This document shows positions 41,005 to 50,961 of a DNA stretch of 64,000 nt, one piece after another. Every line of letters begins with the position of its first letter. Within the stretch, counting starts at the first letter, position 1. Below the pieces are notes generated by a model. That model saw only the letters and a list, made by a program, of their open reading frames with translations, did no database searches and was not told the origin of the DNA. The stretch lies in NCBI GenBank assembly GCA_034189385.1, contig JAXHVD010000004.1, positions 32,001 through 96,000 of the forward strand, given 5' to 3'. This DNA comes from Thermodesulfobacteriota bacterium (GTDB taxonomy: Bacteria > Desulfobacterota > Desulfobacteria > Desulfobacterales > C00003060). Position numbers and translations under genes: made by a program.

Positions 41005-42459
41005 TTACTTGCGCCAGAATTCCGGTACAAACAAGATAACAACCGTGTAGATCTCCAATCGTCCCAGAAGCATGCAAAGGATCAACAGCCATTTTCCCAG
41101 CACTGGAATATGGGCATAATTGTCCGTTGGTCCTACCATTCCCAGCCCCGGGCCGATATTGCCTATGGTGGCCGCAACAGCGGCAAAGGAGGTCACCACA
41201 TCGACACCCATAGCAGCAAGGAGAAAGGAGCACAGGATAAAGAGACCCAAGTAGAGCATGAAGTAGCCCCATATGCTGTGAAGGACCTCATCTGAGATGG
41301 CACGACCTCCCAGCTTGACTTGGGTCACTGCATGGGGGTGTATGAGGGAAAAGAGCTGCTTGTAGGAGTGCTTCAACAGGAGCATGATGCGCATGCACTT
41401 CATCCCGCCGCCCGTCGAACCTGCTGACGCACCAAGAAACATGCAAAAGAGCAAGATGTTCTGGGAAAGGGACGGCCACATTTCATAATCTGCCGTAGCG
41501 TATCCTGTGGTTGTAATAATGGACATGACCTGAAAGCCCCCAAACCGCAAGGCCTCACCCATGGTTTCATAGATCTCGCCATAGATGTTGACCGTAACAG
41601 TGAGACAGAAGAGGGCAACGACCCCGACAAAGAAGCGGCATTCCGGATCCCGCCAGAAGGCCAGGGGATGGCCCTTTAGGAATTGATAATGGAGGGCAAA
41701 ATTGATCCCTGCAAAGAACATGAACACGATGATCACTGTGTCCACATAGGGACTCTCATAGGCGCCAATGGAGGCGTTTCGTGTGGAAAACCCCCCTGTG
41801 GCCATGGTCCCGAAGGTGTGGCAGAGGGCCTCAAAGAGGTCCACCCCCCCCAACATAAGCAGCAGCGTCTCAGCTGCGGAAAAAAGGAGATAGACCTTCC
41901 ACAGCACCATGGCCGTGTCTTTGATGCGGGGCTTAAGTTTGTCCGGCACTGGGCCCGGGACCTCTGCCTTGTAAAGCTGCATCCCGCCGATCCCCAGAAG
42001 GGGCAAGATGGCCAGGGAAAGGACAATGATCCCCATGCCACCCAGCCAGTGGGTCAAGCTCCTCCAGAAGAGCAGCCCACGGGGGATGCCCTCCAGCTGG
42101 GTCAGAACAGAGGCGCCGGTCGTGGTAAAGCCTGAAACAGACTCGAAAAAGGCATTGGAAAAGTCGGGAAAGAGACCACCCCAGTAGTAGGGAAGGGCTC
42201 CGAACAGGCCAGCGGCCGTCCATCCAATGGCCACCACACCCATCCCCTCGCGATGGGTCATCAACTCGTTTTGCGTACCCCTACCTTTGAAAAGAAGGTA
42301 GAGGGCCAGACCGCTGGCCAAGGTGACGAGCATGGATTTCAATAAAGGCCCCACACTATGGTCCTGGTAATAGAGGCCAAAAAGGAGGGGAAAGATCATG
42401 GTGAGGCCCAAAAAGAACGTCAAGATCCCCACCAGATGTAGCGTGTAGGAGACACGCAT
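41005..42459 (-). CDS. trkH: Trk K+ uptake membrane subunit
   Basis: FESVSGFTTTG, TGGF, TTTGY, GNIGPG, GRLE. Confidence 0.95.
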   Translation of the reverse strand: MRVSYTLHLVGILTFFLGLTMIFPLLFGLYYQDHSVGPLLKSMLVTLASGLALYLLFKGRGTQNELMTHREGMGVVAIGWTAAGLFGALPYYWGGLFPDFSNAFFESVSGFTTTGASVLTQLEGIPRGLLFWRSLTHWLGGMGIIVLSLAILPLLGIGGMQLYKAEVPGPVPDKLKPRIKDTAMVLWKVYLLFSAAETLLLMLGGVDLFEALCHTFGTMATGGFSTRNASIGAYESPYVDTVIIVFMFFAGINFALHYQFLKGHPLAFWRDPECRFFVGVVALFCLTVTVNIYGEIYETMGEALRFGGFQVMSIITTTGYATADYEMWPSLSQNILLFCMFLGASAGSTGGGMKCMRIMLLLKHSYKQLFSLIHPHAVTQVKLGGRAISDEVLHSIWGYFMLYLGLFILCSFLLAAMGVDVVTSFAAVAATIGNIGPGLGMVGPTDNYAHIPVLGKWLLILCMLLGRLEIYTVVILFVPEFWRK

Positions 42460-43833
42460 CTAGAAGTACTCCAGCTTCACCATGAGGGCCTTTTCAACTT
42501 GGGGAATGCCCTGACGCGTGGAAAGGATGACGATCTGATCTTTCGGCTGAATAACACTCTCGCCCGTGGGGATAATCACTTCCTCTTGCCGGATGATGGC
42601 GATGACCAAGGCCCCCTTTGGAAAAGGGATCTTTCGGATGGGTTTTCCAACGATATCAGATGTTTCTAGGGCAACAGCCTCGAGGACCTCTGCCTCTTCC
42701 CCTTTCAGCGTCATGGCCGACAGTACCTTGCCCCGGCGCACGTACTGCAATATGGTATTGATGGCAGCCAGACGGGAGCTCACAACGTGATCCAGGCCGA
42801 TGGCAGAAACCAAAGGAAAGTAGCTGAACCGGCTAATACGGGTCACAGTCTTCTGGGCCCCCATCCGTTTGGCCAGAAGAGAGGTAAGGACGTTTGTCTC
42901 TTCATCCCCTGTCAGGGTAGCCACCACATTCATATCCCGGATGTTCTCCTCTTGGAGAAGCCCTTGGTCGGACCCGTCGCCGTGGAGAACCACCACCTTG
43001 TCCAGGAGTTGGGCCAGTTCCCGGCAGCGTTCAGGTTCTTTTTCGATGAGTTTTGTATGAACGGAAAGGCCCTCAAGGGCCCTGGCCAGTTTAAGCCCCA
43101 GGTTGCCTCCTCCCACCAGGAGCACCCGTTTCAAGGGCTCGGCCTTCTTGCCGAAGATCTTCAGGGCCGCTTTCAGTTCGTTTTCTTCAGAGACAAAGTA
43201 GACAATGTCTCCTTCAAAGAGTTCGTCCTTTCCCGAGGGAACAATCAGTCTTTCGTTTCTCACAATGGCCGCGATCAGTATCTTCTTCTCACCGGTCTTC
43301 TTGTGGAGATCCACAAGCTTGGTACCAGCCACCGGGCTGTCTGGATCCAGGCGAACCCCAATGAGCTTAATGCGGCCATCGGCAAACTCACCAACGTCCA
43401 CGGCACCTGGCACTTTTAGAAGCCTTTCAACGGCCTTTACGGCCTCGGCCTCAGGATTGATGATCACATCTATACGATAGGGCTCGTTTCTGAGCGCATC
43501 TTCGTATTGCAGATAGTCTGCCCCTCTGATGCGGGCCAACTTGATCGTCGTGGGAGAAAGGAGACTGGCAAAAAGGCAGGCAACCAGATTGGTCTCATCG
43601 CTGTCTGTGACGGCCAGCAAGATGTCGGCCCCTCTCAGGCCTATTTCTTCCAGTATGGCCGGGCTGCTGCCACAGCCCTGGATAGCCTGAACATCGAGGC
43701 CCTCTTGAACCCGACGTAAGGCCTCGGCGTTGGTGTCAACCACCACCACGTCTTTGTGTTCAAGGGCCAGGCGGCTGGCAATATGGAAACCCACCTCCCC
43801 GGCCCCAACAATTACAATCTTCACGGTCGTCAC
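42460..43833 (-). CDS. trkA: Trk K+ uptake NAD-binding subunit
   Basis: Two RCK_N (GAGEVG, GGGNLG) and two RCK_C domains. Confidence 0.95.
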   Translation of the reverse strand: MTTVKIVIVGAGEVGFHIASRLALEHKDVVVVDTNAEALRRVQEGLDVQAIQGCGSSPAILEEIGLRGADILLAVTDSDETNLVACLFASLLSPTTIKLARIRGADYLQYEDALRNEPYRIDVIINPEAEAVKAVERLLKVPGAVDVGEFADGRIKLIGVRLDPDSPVAGTKLVDLHKKTGEKKILIAAIVRNERLIVPSGKDELFEGDIVYFVSEENELKAALKIFGKKAEPLKRVLLVGGGNLGLKLARALEGLSVHTKLIEKEPERCRELAQLLDKVVVLHGDGSDQGLLQEENIRDMNVVATLTGDEETNVLTSLLAKRMGAQKTVTRISRFSYFPLVSAIGLDHVVSSRLAAINTILQYVRRGKVLSAMTLKGEEAEVLEAVALETSDIVGKPIRKIPFPKGALVIAIIRQEEVIIPTGESVIQPKDQIVILSTRQGIPQVEKALMVKLEYF

Positions 43834-44010
43834 TCCCGGTGCCAGAAGACACGTTACGCCACCTCACATACTATAACGGTCCTATCCAGTCAATCGCCCT
43901 TGCCCGTGCCTCGAAAAGCCTTTGCAGGGCGCAACCTCTCTATCCAGTTCTGAAATAAACGCTTTGGGATGGGCAAGGCCATGGGCAGGACAGGCCCCCT
44001 TGACATCTGT

Positions 44011-44337
44011 TCAGGCCATTGAGTAGTGCACTACCAGCCAGAGCGTCGCTCTTTCAGGGTCTGTCCATTCAACACGATGTCTCACATGGGCCCCTAGATG
44101 GATGTAGTCGCCTGGTTCCAAGATGATCATGTCCTCTCGTCCATGGACCCGTATGGCGGCTCTGCCCTGAACGAGCAGTACGAACTCATCGGTCTCCTGA
44201 TCGTACCAGAACCCTTTGGGTGAACTGTGCCCCCTGGATACGATTCGCTCAATCCTGACGCACTCTGAGGCACAAAGTACCTCTGTCAATTCTTCAGGCA
44301 ATTGTTCAGGAACTTGCTCCAGCAGGCTTCGCTTCAT
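44011..44337 (-). CDS. cupin domain protein
   Basis: VRIERIVSRGH.SP..FWYDQ..E, PGDY...HVRHRVEWT; start uncertain (in-frame ATG at 44619 has a good RBS). Confidence 0.8.
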   Translation of the reverse strand: MKRSLLEQVPEQLPEELTEVLCASECVRIERIVSRGHSSPKGFWYDQETDEFVLLVQGRAAIRVHGREDMIILEPGDYIHLGAHVRHRVEWTDPERATLWLVVHYSMA

Positions 44338-44725
44338 GCCGGTCCTCTTGTCTTCCCAGTTGATCATGTCCCTGGTCATGATGTCTTTTTCCGCTGAGCA
44401 TTGAATCACGACCTTTCTCGTATTGAGTGAAAAGAGCATAAACAGGCTTTCTTTACAAGAACAACCCTGCCCGCAGAAAAAAACGGACCTTCTCTCCCAT
44501 ATTGAAGCCATCGTCTCTTCATGAAGACACACCGAATCAAGGGATCTTAGCCTCTTAACCATACGATGATGAGATTTAATCAATTCCTTCTCCCTTGGCC
44601 CATTATTGCCCATTTTCATATCTTCCCCTCGCACAGCTCCATATGGGGGCACAGAAAGGGCCCTTGCTCTCCATAGATTCACGCCCATGGCAATGGGTGA
44701 GGCCTCCCTCTTCACAAGCATTCTA

Positions 44726-44889
44726 TTGAAGACCCTGCAGCAAGCTGCTTCGCAGCGACCGTAAGGAATATGTCTCATTTTATATACGCTCGCTAACCCC
44801 GCAGCCCGCGCCGCGCTAGCACTGCCAACGGGCAGAACCACTGCCGTCAGGCGGAACCTACGGGGGCTGCGCTCGCTTAATCGGTTCAA
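44726..44889. repeat. palindrome-rich MITE/REP-like element with an internal 19-bp tandem duplication
   Basis: TTGAA...TTCAA ends, GCAGC-AA-GCTGC palindrome, CGCTCGCT twice, GCAGCCC/GGGCTGC stem enclosing ACTGCC-N4-GGCRGAACC twice. Confidence 0.6.
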
Positions 44890-45000
44890 CTTGATGAGAT
44901 GGCATAGCCAACCAACGATTGAAGGACCTCTTTTCTGTGTTGCACTAGACTTCAACCTGTGCTTATATCTATGGGAACCTGTAGCAGCCCGGTTTCCGAC

Positions 45001-45459
45001 ATGACAGACTCCTTCCAAGAATCCCGCACTTCCAGTGTCAAGTCTAAACTAGAAAAGCTTGCCCAAGGCATTTCGATGATCATAGAAGATGGATCTGAAG
45101 AGGAACGCCAAAGGCTCTTCATCTTGTTGCAGAGTCGCCGTGTATTGACCTTCCTCGAGACTTGGGAAAGAAGGGAACGGAGAAGAGACCCCAGGCACTC
45201 GTGCTCTATCTCAGTCACTTGTGCAACGGAGGATCATGTCTTCGAGGACTCCTTTGGAAACATAAGTACTGGTGGAGCCTTTGTCGAAACCTCCGAGGCC
45301 CTCTCACCTGGAGAGGACATGACATTGACCTTTTCGTCGCCAGACCTGGAAACGCCTATCAAGATCAAAGGAAAAGTCGTGTGGAGGACCTCACAAGGGA
45401 TCGGTGTCAAATTCACGACAGCAAGTAAGGACTTGCAGGCGATGATACTGTCGCTCTAG
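45001..45459 (+). CDS. PilZ domain protein
   Basis: RRRDPR (RxxxR), NISTGG (D/NxSxxG), GKVVW...GIGVKF. Confidence 0.88.
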   Translation: MTDSFQESRTSSVKSKLEKLAQGISMIIEDGSEEERQRLFILLQSRRVLTFLETWERRERRRDPRHSCSISVTCATEDHVFEDSFGNISTGGAFVETSEALSPGEDMTLTFSSPDLETPIKIKGKVVWRTSQGIGVKFTTASKDLQAMILSL

Positions 45460-45790
45460 CCCCCTCTTGGAGGCCGTTCTCAAAAGGCTTCTGCCTTTGC
45501 CACGGCTTTACCCTCTCTCCGTTCATTGGCAAGACGAAAGCCGCCACTTTGAAAGGTTCGGTCCCAACGCCCTTTGATTGGTCGTCGTATATTCCTATCC
45601 GCTCGTACGAGCTCAGTCCTTTCGAGGCACTGTGGCAACTCCTCCACCATGGCCTTGATTTTAGCTGTTATTTCGAGTATTCAAACGGCAATACTACAGG
45701 CAAGAGCACCCCTTGTTGGCCTGTCCAAAATGGGGTCCTCCTTTGACCCTGGAATCCTTTCAAGTGGGCTTGGTTGTCTCAATGTGACCT

Positions 45791-47317
45791 ATGAGTAGAT
45801 TCCTCTATACGGCACGGGCCGTCTTCCTGGGGCTATTGACCACACAGATCATAGCCACGCTTCATGTCTATCTCTCCAATGCAGACCTTTACCGCACCGT
45901 TTCGGCAATATCAGAGGCAGGCTATCTTCCAATTCCGAACCACCGTGTGGCATCCAGTCTCAACCAGTTTGGCCCTGCCCTCTGTGGGGGGCTGTTCTTC
46001 ACGCTGAGCATTGGTGCAGGTCTTTCCATCCTGTGGGTCTGCTGTGCCTGGATCTGGGATCGCCTTTTCGGCCGTAACTGTTCCCTTTTGATTCCCCTTG
46101 GACTTCTTTGGGTGGGCATGGCTGCGGCCATGAACAGCCAAGGCTTTTCGCCCATAGTGACCTCCTATTTCATAGTGACTCCCTTGGTGGTCTTTTGGGC
46201 TGCCTTGAAATGGATGCCCAATGAGGGGGAAAAGTGGGTATGGGTAAACAGGCTTACTCCCATCCTTCCTATTGTCCTCTTAACGCTCATATGGACAGCC
46301 CACACTATGTGGACGGCCCATAGGCATAAGTCATCCTTTGCGGATATTTTGTTTGAGGATATCAGGGATTACCTGTTGCTCTCAAACCCGGTGGGGGAAA
46401 AAGTGGATCACTTCTACTACCGCTACACCCTCTACCCGGCAGAGGTCTTTAAGTCCTTGGACCAGAAAACGCTCAAAACATGCCACGTAGCATCCATCAA
46501 GGACCAGGCAGTTGCCCGGAAGATAGAACACACGCTGATCCATTACGACTATCTCCCTGTGGCTGCAAGGGCGCCGATCGATTTGGATATCGCGGCATCG
46601 GCGGACGTGCTCTCGTTCAGGTACCGTGGCAAGACGATACTTCACACCTCGTACAAGGAATTTTTCTCTCAGCAGAAAAAGATGTTGACCTTTTTTTCTG
46701 CTGAAACAGACAGGCACGGGCCCTTTCGTCAGGCCACCATCCTGTGCCTTGTTCTAGGATTTCCAATCACTTTGTATGTGATGGTCTTTGCCTTGATCCA
46801 CTTTGTGTTTGGATTCCTGGTTGGTCCAAAACGCTATTCTTTGATCACAGGGGCTTTGTGTTTTCTTATAGGCCTGGCCCTATTGGCTCCCCTTCGCATC
46901 GGACGCTCAAAGACGACCGACGCCATGAACGTATCCAAAGCCCTTGCCTCTGAGTACTGGCAACAGAGGATACTGGCCTTGAGAAGGGTGGTAGAGAAGA
47001 GAATCGAGATCGGAGACCTTCCTGTCTATCACAAGATGATGACCAGCCCTCATGTGCCTGAGCGGTACTGGTTGGCCAAGGCCCTGGGAGAGAGTCGAGA
47101 TCCCGGGACCTATGAGGACCTTGTGACGCTCCTGGATGACCCTCATCCCAATGTGGTCTCCATGGCATTCTGTGGCCTGGGGCAACGAGGAGACAAAAAG
47201 GCTGTGCGCAACATCTTGGAAAGGATTGAGACCTCAGATCACTGGTACAATCAGTGGTATGCCTATAACGCTCTTCGAGATCTTGGCTGGGAACAACGGC
47301 CCGTCGCCTCGCAGTAA
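45791..47317 (+). CDS. polytopic membrane protein with C-terminal HEAT repeats
   Basis: About 8 TM segments; ERYWLAKALG, LLDDPHPNVV..A..GLG. Confidence 0.75.
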   Translation: MSRFLYTARAVFLGLLTTQIIATLHVYLSNADLYRTVSAISEAGYLPIPNHRVASSLNQFGPALCGGLFFTLSIGAGLSILWVCCAWIWDRLFGRNCSLLIPLGLLWVGMAAAMNSQGFSPIVTSYFIVTPLVVFWAALKWMPNEGEKWVWVNRLTPILPIVLLTLIWTAHTMWTAHRHKSSFADILFEDIRDYLLLSNPVGEKVDHFYYRYTLYPAEVFKSLDQKTLKTCHVASIKDQAVARKIEHTLIHYDYLPVAARAPIDLDIAASADVLSFRYRGKTILHTSYKEFFSQQKKMLTFFSAETDRHGPFRQATILCLVLGFPITLYVMVFALIHFVFGFLVGPKRYSLITGALCFLIGLALLAPLRIGRSKTTDAMNVSKALASEYWQQRILALRRVVEKRIEIGDLPVYHKMMTSPHVPERYWLAKALGESRDPGTYEDLVTLLDDPHPNVVSMAFCGLGQRGDKKAVRNILERIETSDHWYNQWYAYNALRDLGWEQRPVASQ

Positions 47318-47320
47318 ATG

Positions 47321-47454
47321 TGAGGCCTTTGCTTAACTGTTTCGAACGTTCATTGTTGGCTTTTGGGGGACCCATCCGGCGGGGGTGAGCGGTCCGCCTT
47401 GGCGGATCAAAAAGTCCACACAACCAAGGGAGAAGGCGTTGCGCAAAGGTCTCA
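47321..47454. mobile_element. MITE with IS5/IS1106-like terminal inverted repeats
   Basis: TGAGGCCTTTGC at the left end versus TGAGACCTTTGC (reverse complement) at the right; internal TCCGCC-TT-GGCGGA hairpin; between convergent genes. Confidence 0.6.
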
Positions 47455-49839
47455 AGGTGTGTTTGTGTGGTCGTGGCTCATTAATACTAAAGAACACCCT
47501 AGGAGCACCCCCCAAACCAGAATCACCACAGGCATACCGTGACCATTGCCCATCCCGCCCGAGCCAGCCGCCGCAATAAAACAGGTGCCGCCACCGCCGC
47601 TGGTATCTTTCGGCAATCCCACCCCGCCGGTCTCCAAGATATACCCATTCACCATTCGGTCAGCATCGCCGTCGCCACCGTCGGTGAACTCCAAGGCAAC
47701 AGAGGTCCTGTCTCCACTGAAGGTGGCATGCTCGGAGTAGTCATACCAGCCCGTGATAGGGTCATATCTGTACCATTTTGAGCCCTTGGGAGCTGCGTCC
47801 GAGAGGTGCACGACCGCTGTGGCCGCGCCATCCTCGCTTGTGGCCTTTAACCTGAAACGAATAAGTCCAAATGGGAACCGGTCAGGCCTGTTGATCCGTT
47901 CTTCAACGTCCTCAGGATCAATTGATTCAAAATATTCCAAAAAGCTATGGGCGTCTCCAGGGCTCACACCGATGGCTTTGTCTCCTGTGACACCCAGAGC
48001 TTTCACTGCCAAGTCTCCTGCCACTTGGCCTTCTGGGGCTTCCTGCTCAGCCGGAACCCCAGTGGAGATGACACGCCAAATAGCGAGGCCGCCGATGACC
48101 CCAGTAGGTGTCTGCGTGGTCACATAGAGGGAACTGCCATCAAATGCGATGCCCTGCACATCGTGGGAGGTCGTGGCTAGCTCAGTCTTCGTGGGACCCT
48201 GAATCTGAAAAACCTTTTTTCCTGCACCAGTGGTCACATAGACAAGGTCATTATATCCGTACACGGCACCAACCAGGCCGTCTTCAAAAACGAGATAATC
48301 CAAATGGGTCATCTCGCCTGAAGCAGCATCAATAAGATGGAAATAGCCGCTGCCGCCCCACACCGATTCCCCATACACCAGGGTCGTCTCATCGCTAAAA
48401 ATGATCGGACCGTTTCCACCTTCATGGGGCTGGGGGAAACTGGCCCTTTCGATGGCAGCCGTGAACCCACTGTTGACCTGATACAGATACATGTTTCCCG
48501 GAGGAAAGTCCCCTGAGGCAAACCAGATGACGTCTGTCCAGGGATTCTGGGTAAAGGAAAAGATGCTACCCTGGGCGCCGGAAGGGAAAGAGGCTACGGA
48601 AGGCACAGAAGCCGTTAAGTCAATGCGATAGATCTTGTCCGTGTTGCCGTTGTCGTGGAAGTAGAGATAATGGTCGCGGCTAATCAGAAAACCAGAAGGG
48701 CCAAAGCCGAAATCAGGTTCCTCGCTCAGATCTAAGACCTCTTTCTTGTCCCCTGTGATGAGGTGATAGGCGTAGATTTTGCCATCATGGCCAGCGTAGA
48801 TCAACTGATGGTCATGATAGGCAAGGGCGCTGTTCCAGGCAAAGGCCGCAGGATCGGGCTCCCCCAGGTACCTGGCGCGATAGGGAGGTGTGGGCACCAC
48901 TTGAACGGCCACGTCTGGGTTCCACAGCCCATGGAAGCTGATCGCGCCATCGTCCTGTCCCCCTGAAAATGGTACCTGTGTACCGACATAAAAAGACATG
49001 CCATCAAAGGCCAGACCCTGGGCATCATCAACGGTCGTGGCTATTGGCGTCTTGGCGGTGCCCTGCACTTCATAGATGGTTTTGCCTCCACCGGAAGTGG
49101 CATAGACCACCTGGTTGTAGCCGTAGGCAGCGCTGGCCAGGCCGCCATCAAAGACTAGATAATCCTCAGCAGCCATGTCCCCTGTGATGGAATCGACCAG
49201 ATGGAAATAGCCATCACCTCCCCAGACGGACTCCCCGTAAAGGAGCGTGGTTGTTCCGTTGAAAATGATTGGGCCGCTGCCACCTTCATGGGGTTGCGGA
49301 AAGGTCGCCCGTTGGGTAGCCCTGGTAAAGGCCCGATCTACCTCGAATAGATACATGTCTCCAGGGGGAAAGTCTGCCGAGGCGAACCAGAGCACATCTG
49401 TCCAGGGGTTCTCGGCAAAGCTAAAGATGCTACCAGAGGCAGCCGTGTCAACGGTTTCAAGATCAGGAGGCCAAGTGGTCGTGAGATCAATACGGTATAT
49501 GTTCTTGGTCTTGCCGTTGTCATGGAAGTAAAGGTAGTTGTCATGGCTGAGCAAGAAGCCGGAAGGGCCAAAACCAAATTTGGGATCACTGCTCAGGTCC
49601 AGCACCTCACTAGACGTGGCATTGGTCAGATCATAGGCGTAGATCTTCTGATCGTTGGCCGGATAGATCAATTGACGCTCATAGTAGCAAATGGAGCTGT
49701 TCCAGGTGAAGGGAGTCGGATAAGGAGTTTCAAGTGGTGAGGACTGCCAAAAATCTGTGGGCGTAATAGCTGCCGATAAACTCTCTCCCAACACAAACGC
49801 AAAAGACACGGCAAAGGCCATGACCATGAATTTTTTCAT
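47452..49839 (-). CDS. secreted tandem-repeat (predicted beta-propeller) protein with choice-of-anchor-U-like domain and CFI-box/GlyGly C-terminal anchor
   Basis: Signal peptide MKKFMVMAFAVS; two highly similar repeats with a 289-aa period; PFGLIRF...WY.YD...GW.DYS...DGG.GDAD domain; GGGGTCFIAAA plus TM helix. Confidence 0.85.
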   Translation of the reverse strand: MKKFMVMAFAVSFAFVLGESLSAAITPTDFWQSSPLETPYPTPFTWNSSICYYERQLIYPANDQKIYAYDLTNATSSEVLDLSSDPKFGFGPSGFLLSHDNYLYFHDNGKTKNIYRIDLTTTWPPDLETVDTAASGSIFSFAENPWTDVLWFASADFPPGDMYLFEVDRAFTRATQRATFPQPHEGGSGPIIFNGTTTLLYGESVWGGDGYFHLVDSITGDMAAEDYLVFDGGLASAAYGYNQVVYATSGGGKTIYEVQGTAKTPIATTVDDAQGLAFDGMSFYVGTQVPFSGGQDDGAISFHGLWNPDVAVQVVPTPPYRARYLGEPDPAAFAWNSALAYHDHQLIYAGHDGKIYAYHLITGDKKEVLDLSEEPDFGFGPSGFLISRDHYLYFHDNGNTDKIYRIDLTASVPSVASFPSGAQGSIFSFTQNPWTDVIWFASGDFPPGNMYLYQVNSGFTAAIERASFPQPHEGGNGPIIFSDETTLVYGESVWGGSGYFHLIDAASGEMTHLDYLVFEDGLVGAVYGYNDLVYVTTGAGKKVFQIQGPTKTELATTSHDVQGIAFDGSSLYVTTQTPTGVIGGLAIWRVISTGVPAEQEAPEGQVAGDLAVKALGVTGDKAIGVSPGDAHSFLEYFESIDPEDVEERINRPDRFPFGLIRFRLKATSEDGAATAVVHLSDAAPKGSKWYRYDPITGWYDYSEHATFSGDRTSVALEFTDGGDGDADRMVNGYILETGGVGLPKDTSGGGGTCFIAAAGSGGMGNGHGMPVVILVWGVLLGCSLVLMSHDHTNTP

Positions 49840-49894
49840 GACATTACTCCCCTGCAATGAGGATTACTTCCCGCCATGTGCCGCGATAAAGGGC

Positions 49895-49931
49895 AAAAAA
49901 ATCCCCAGACTGACCACGTCAGCCTGGGGAT
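49895..49931 (-). terminator. intrinsic terminator in the riboswitch expression platform
   Basis: ATCCCCAGGCTGAC-GTG-GTCAGTCTGGGGAT followed by TTTTTT, upstream of the start codon. Confidence 0.85.
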
Positions 49932-49999
49932 GTCCCTTTTTTACCCACAAACTGCATCGCGTCCACAATCCAGCACCGTCGATTGTAACGCAATCTTCT

Positions 50000-50165
50000 C
50001 CTGCGGCAGGTCTTCTGGCTCTCGGATCACCCTACGGACCGCACCTTCCCATCCCCCTTCTGGAGAACAGTGGCATAGTTGCGGCCTTTGTCCCCGATCA
50101 CAGCGGCGGGCCCACTCCCGATTTGAACGGGATTCCCTATTAAGCCCTAACGGGCGCCACAAATT
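50000..50165 (-). ncRNA. cobalamin (AdoCbl) riboswitch
   Basis: AATAGGGAATCCCGTTCAAATCGGGAG..GCCCGCCGCTGTGA, GCCACTG, GGGAAGG and B12-box GAGCCAGAAGACCTGCC. Confidence 0.95.
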
Positions 50166-50257
50166 TGTACATAAACCAAAATGTCCCTAGTGTCAACTGT
50201 TGCCCAAACCGATAAGCATCGACCGCGTGCGACCGTGAGCGTCTCCTTGCTTCTACC

Positions 50258-50911
50258 TCATGGTGCGCCCCCTATATGAATGCTGATCCTGTGGGCCATC
50301 TTGGCATCCAAGTCTTCAAGTTCAATCCCCAAGGCGATCCTCTCCCCATTTTGATTCGTGTTTCTAACCTTTCCCTGAAAGTGCTGAATCCCCCCCATCC
50401 CCAACACTGTAAAAGAAAGCCTCACGTCATCCACCACGTAGACCTTTAAAGGCTTGAGCCCCGGGGGGACCTTGATGTTGAATTTACATCCTTCGCGACT
50501 GATGTCAGAGATCACCCCCTTCACCTCCTCCCCGTCGAATCGTGCAACAGCAGGAATGTAGCAACTTATCCTCCGACTCTTTCGCACATTGAGACTGACC
50601 ACTGTTCCGGGATAGGACAAGAAAATGAGTCGGAAGGGTTTAACAATGGAGGCCAACACTGTAGAGCGAAACTCGTACGCATTGTCCAGGCAAAAATAGC
50701 GCACCACAAACCGATTTCCCTCTTCAAAATGGCGCCCCACGTCGAAAATCAGGGGCATCTGGACAATGAGGTAGGCTGGAGGCTCCAATCCCACGAGGAT
50801 GCTTTCAAAGTGTTCTTCCATCCCTTCTATTTGAATAGATAACTCGCTTCCCAATTCAATATTGAGACGCATCCCCGCACAATTATGATTGGTTCGTTTC
50901 TCTTGGGACAT
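50258..50911 (-). CDS. flagellar-brake-like (PilZN plus PilZ) protein
   Basis: N-terminal VG...YLIV..P / F.S.V domain; RKSRR and DISREG motifs. Confidence 0.8.
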   Translation of the reverse strand: MSQEKRTNHNCAGMRLNIELGSELSIQIEGMEEHFESILVGLEPPAYLIVQMPLIFDVGRHFEEGNRFVVRYFCLDNAYEFRSTVLASIVKPFRLIFLSYPGTVVSLNVRKSRRISCYIPAVARFDGEEVKGVISDISREGCKFNIKVPPGLKPLKVYVVDDVRLSFTVLGMGGIQHFQGKVRNTNQNGERIALGIELEDLDAKMAHRISIHIGGAP

Positions 50912-50961
50912 CTACCTCGCACCTCCCAATATCCATCGGGCCCAACAGAGCTCACATCCGG

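Noticed and set aside
44620..45018. 5' part of the 335-aa ORF 44011..45018
   Set aside because: Runs through a palindromic repeat element and overlaps the divergent PilZ gene; not protein-like
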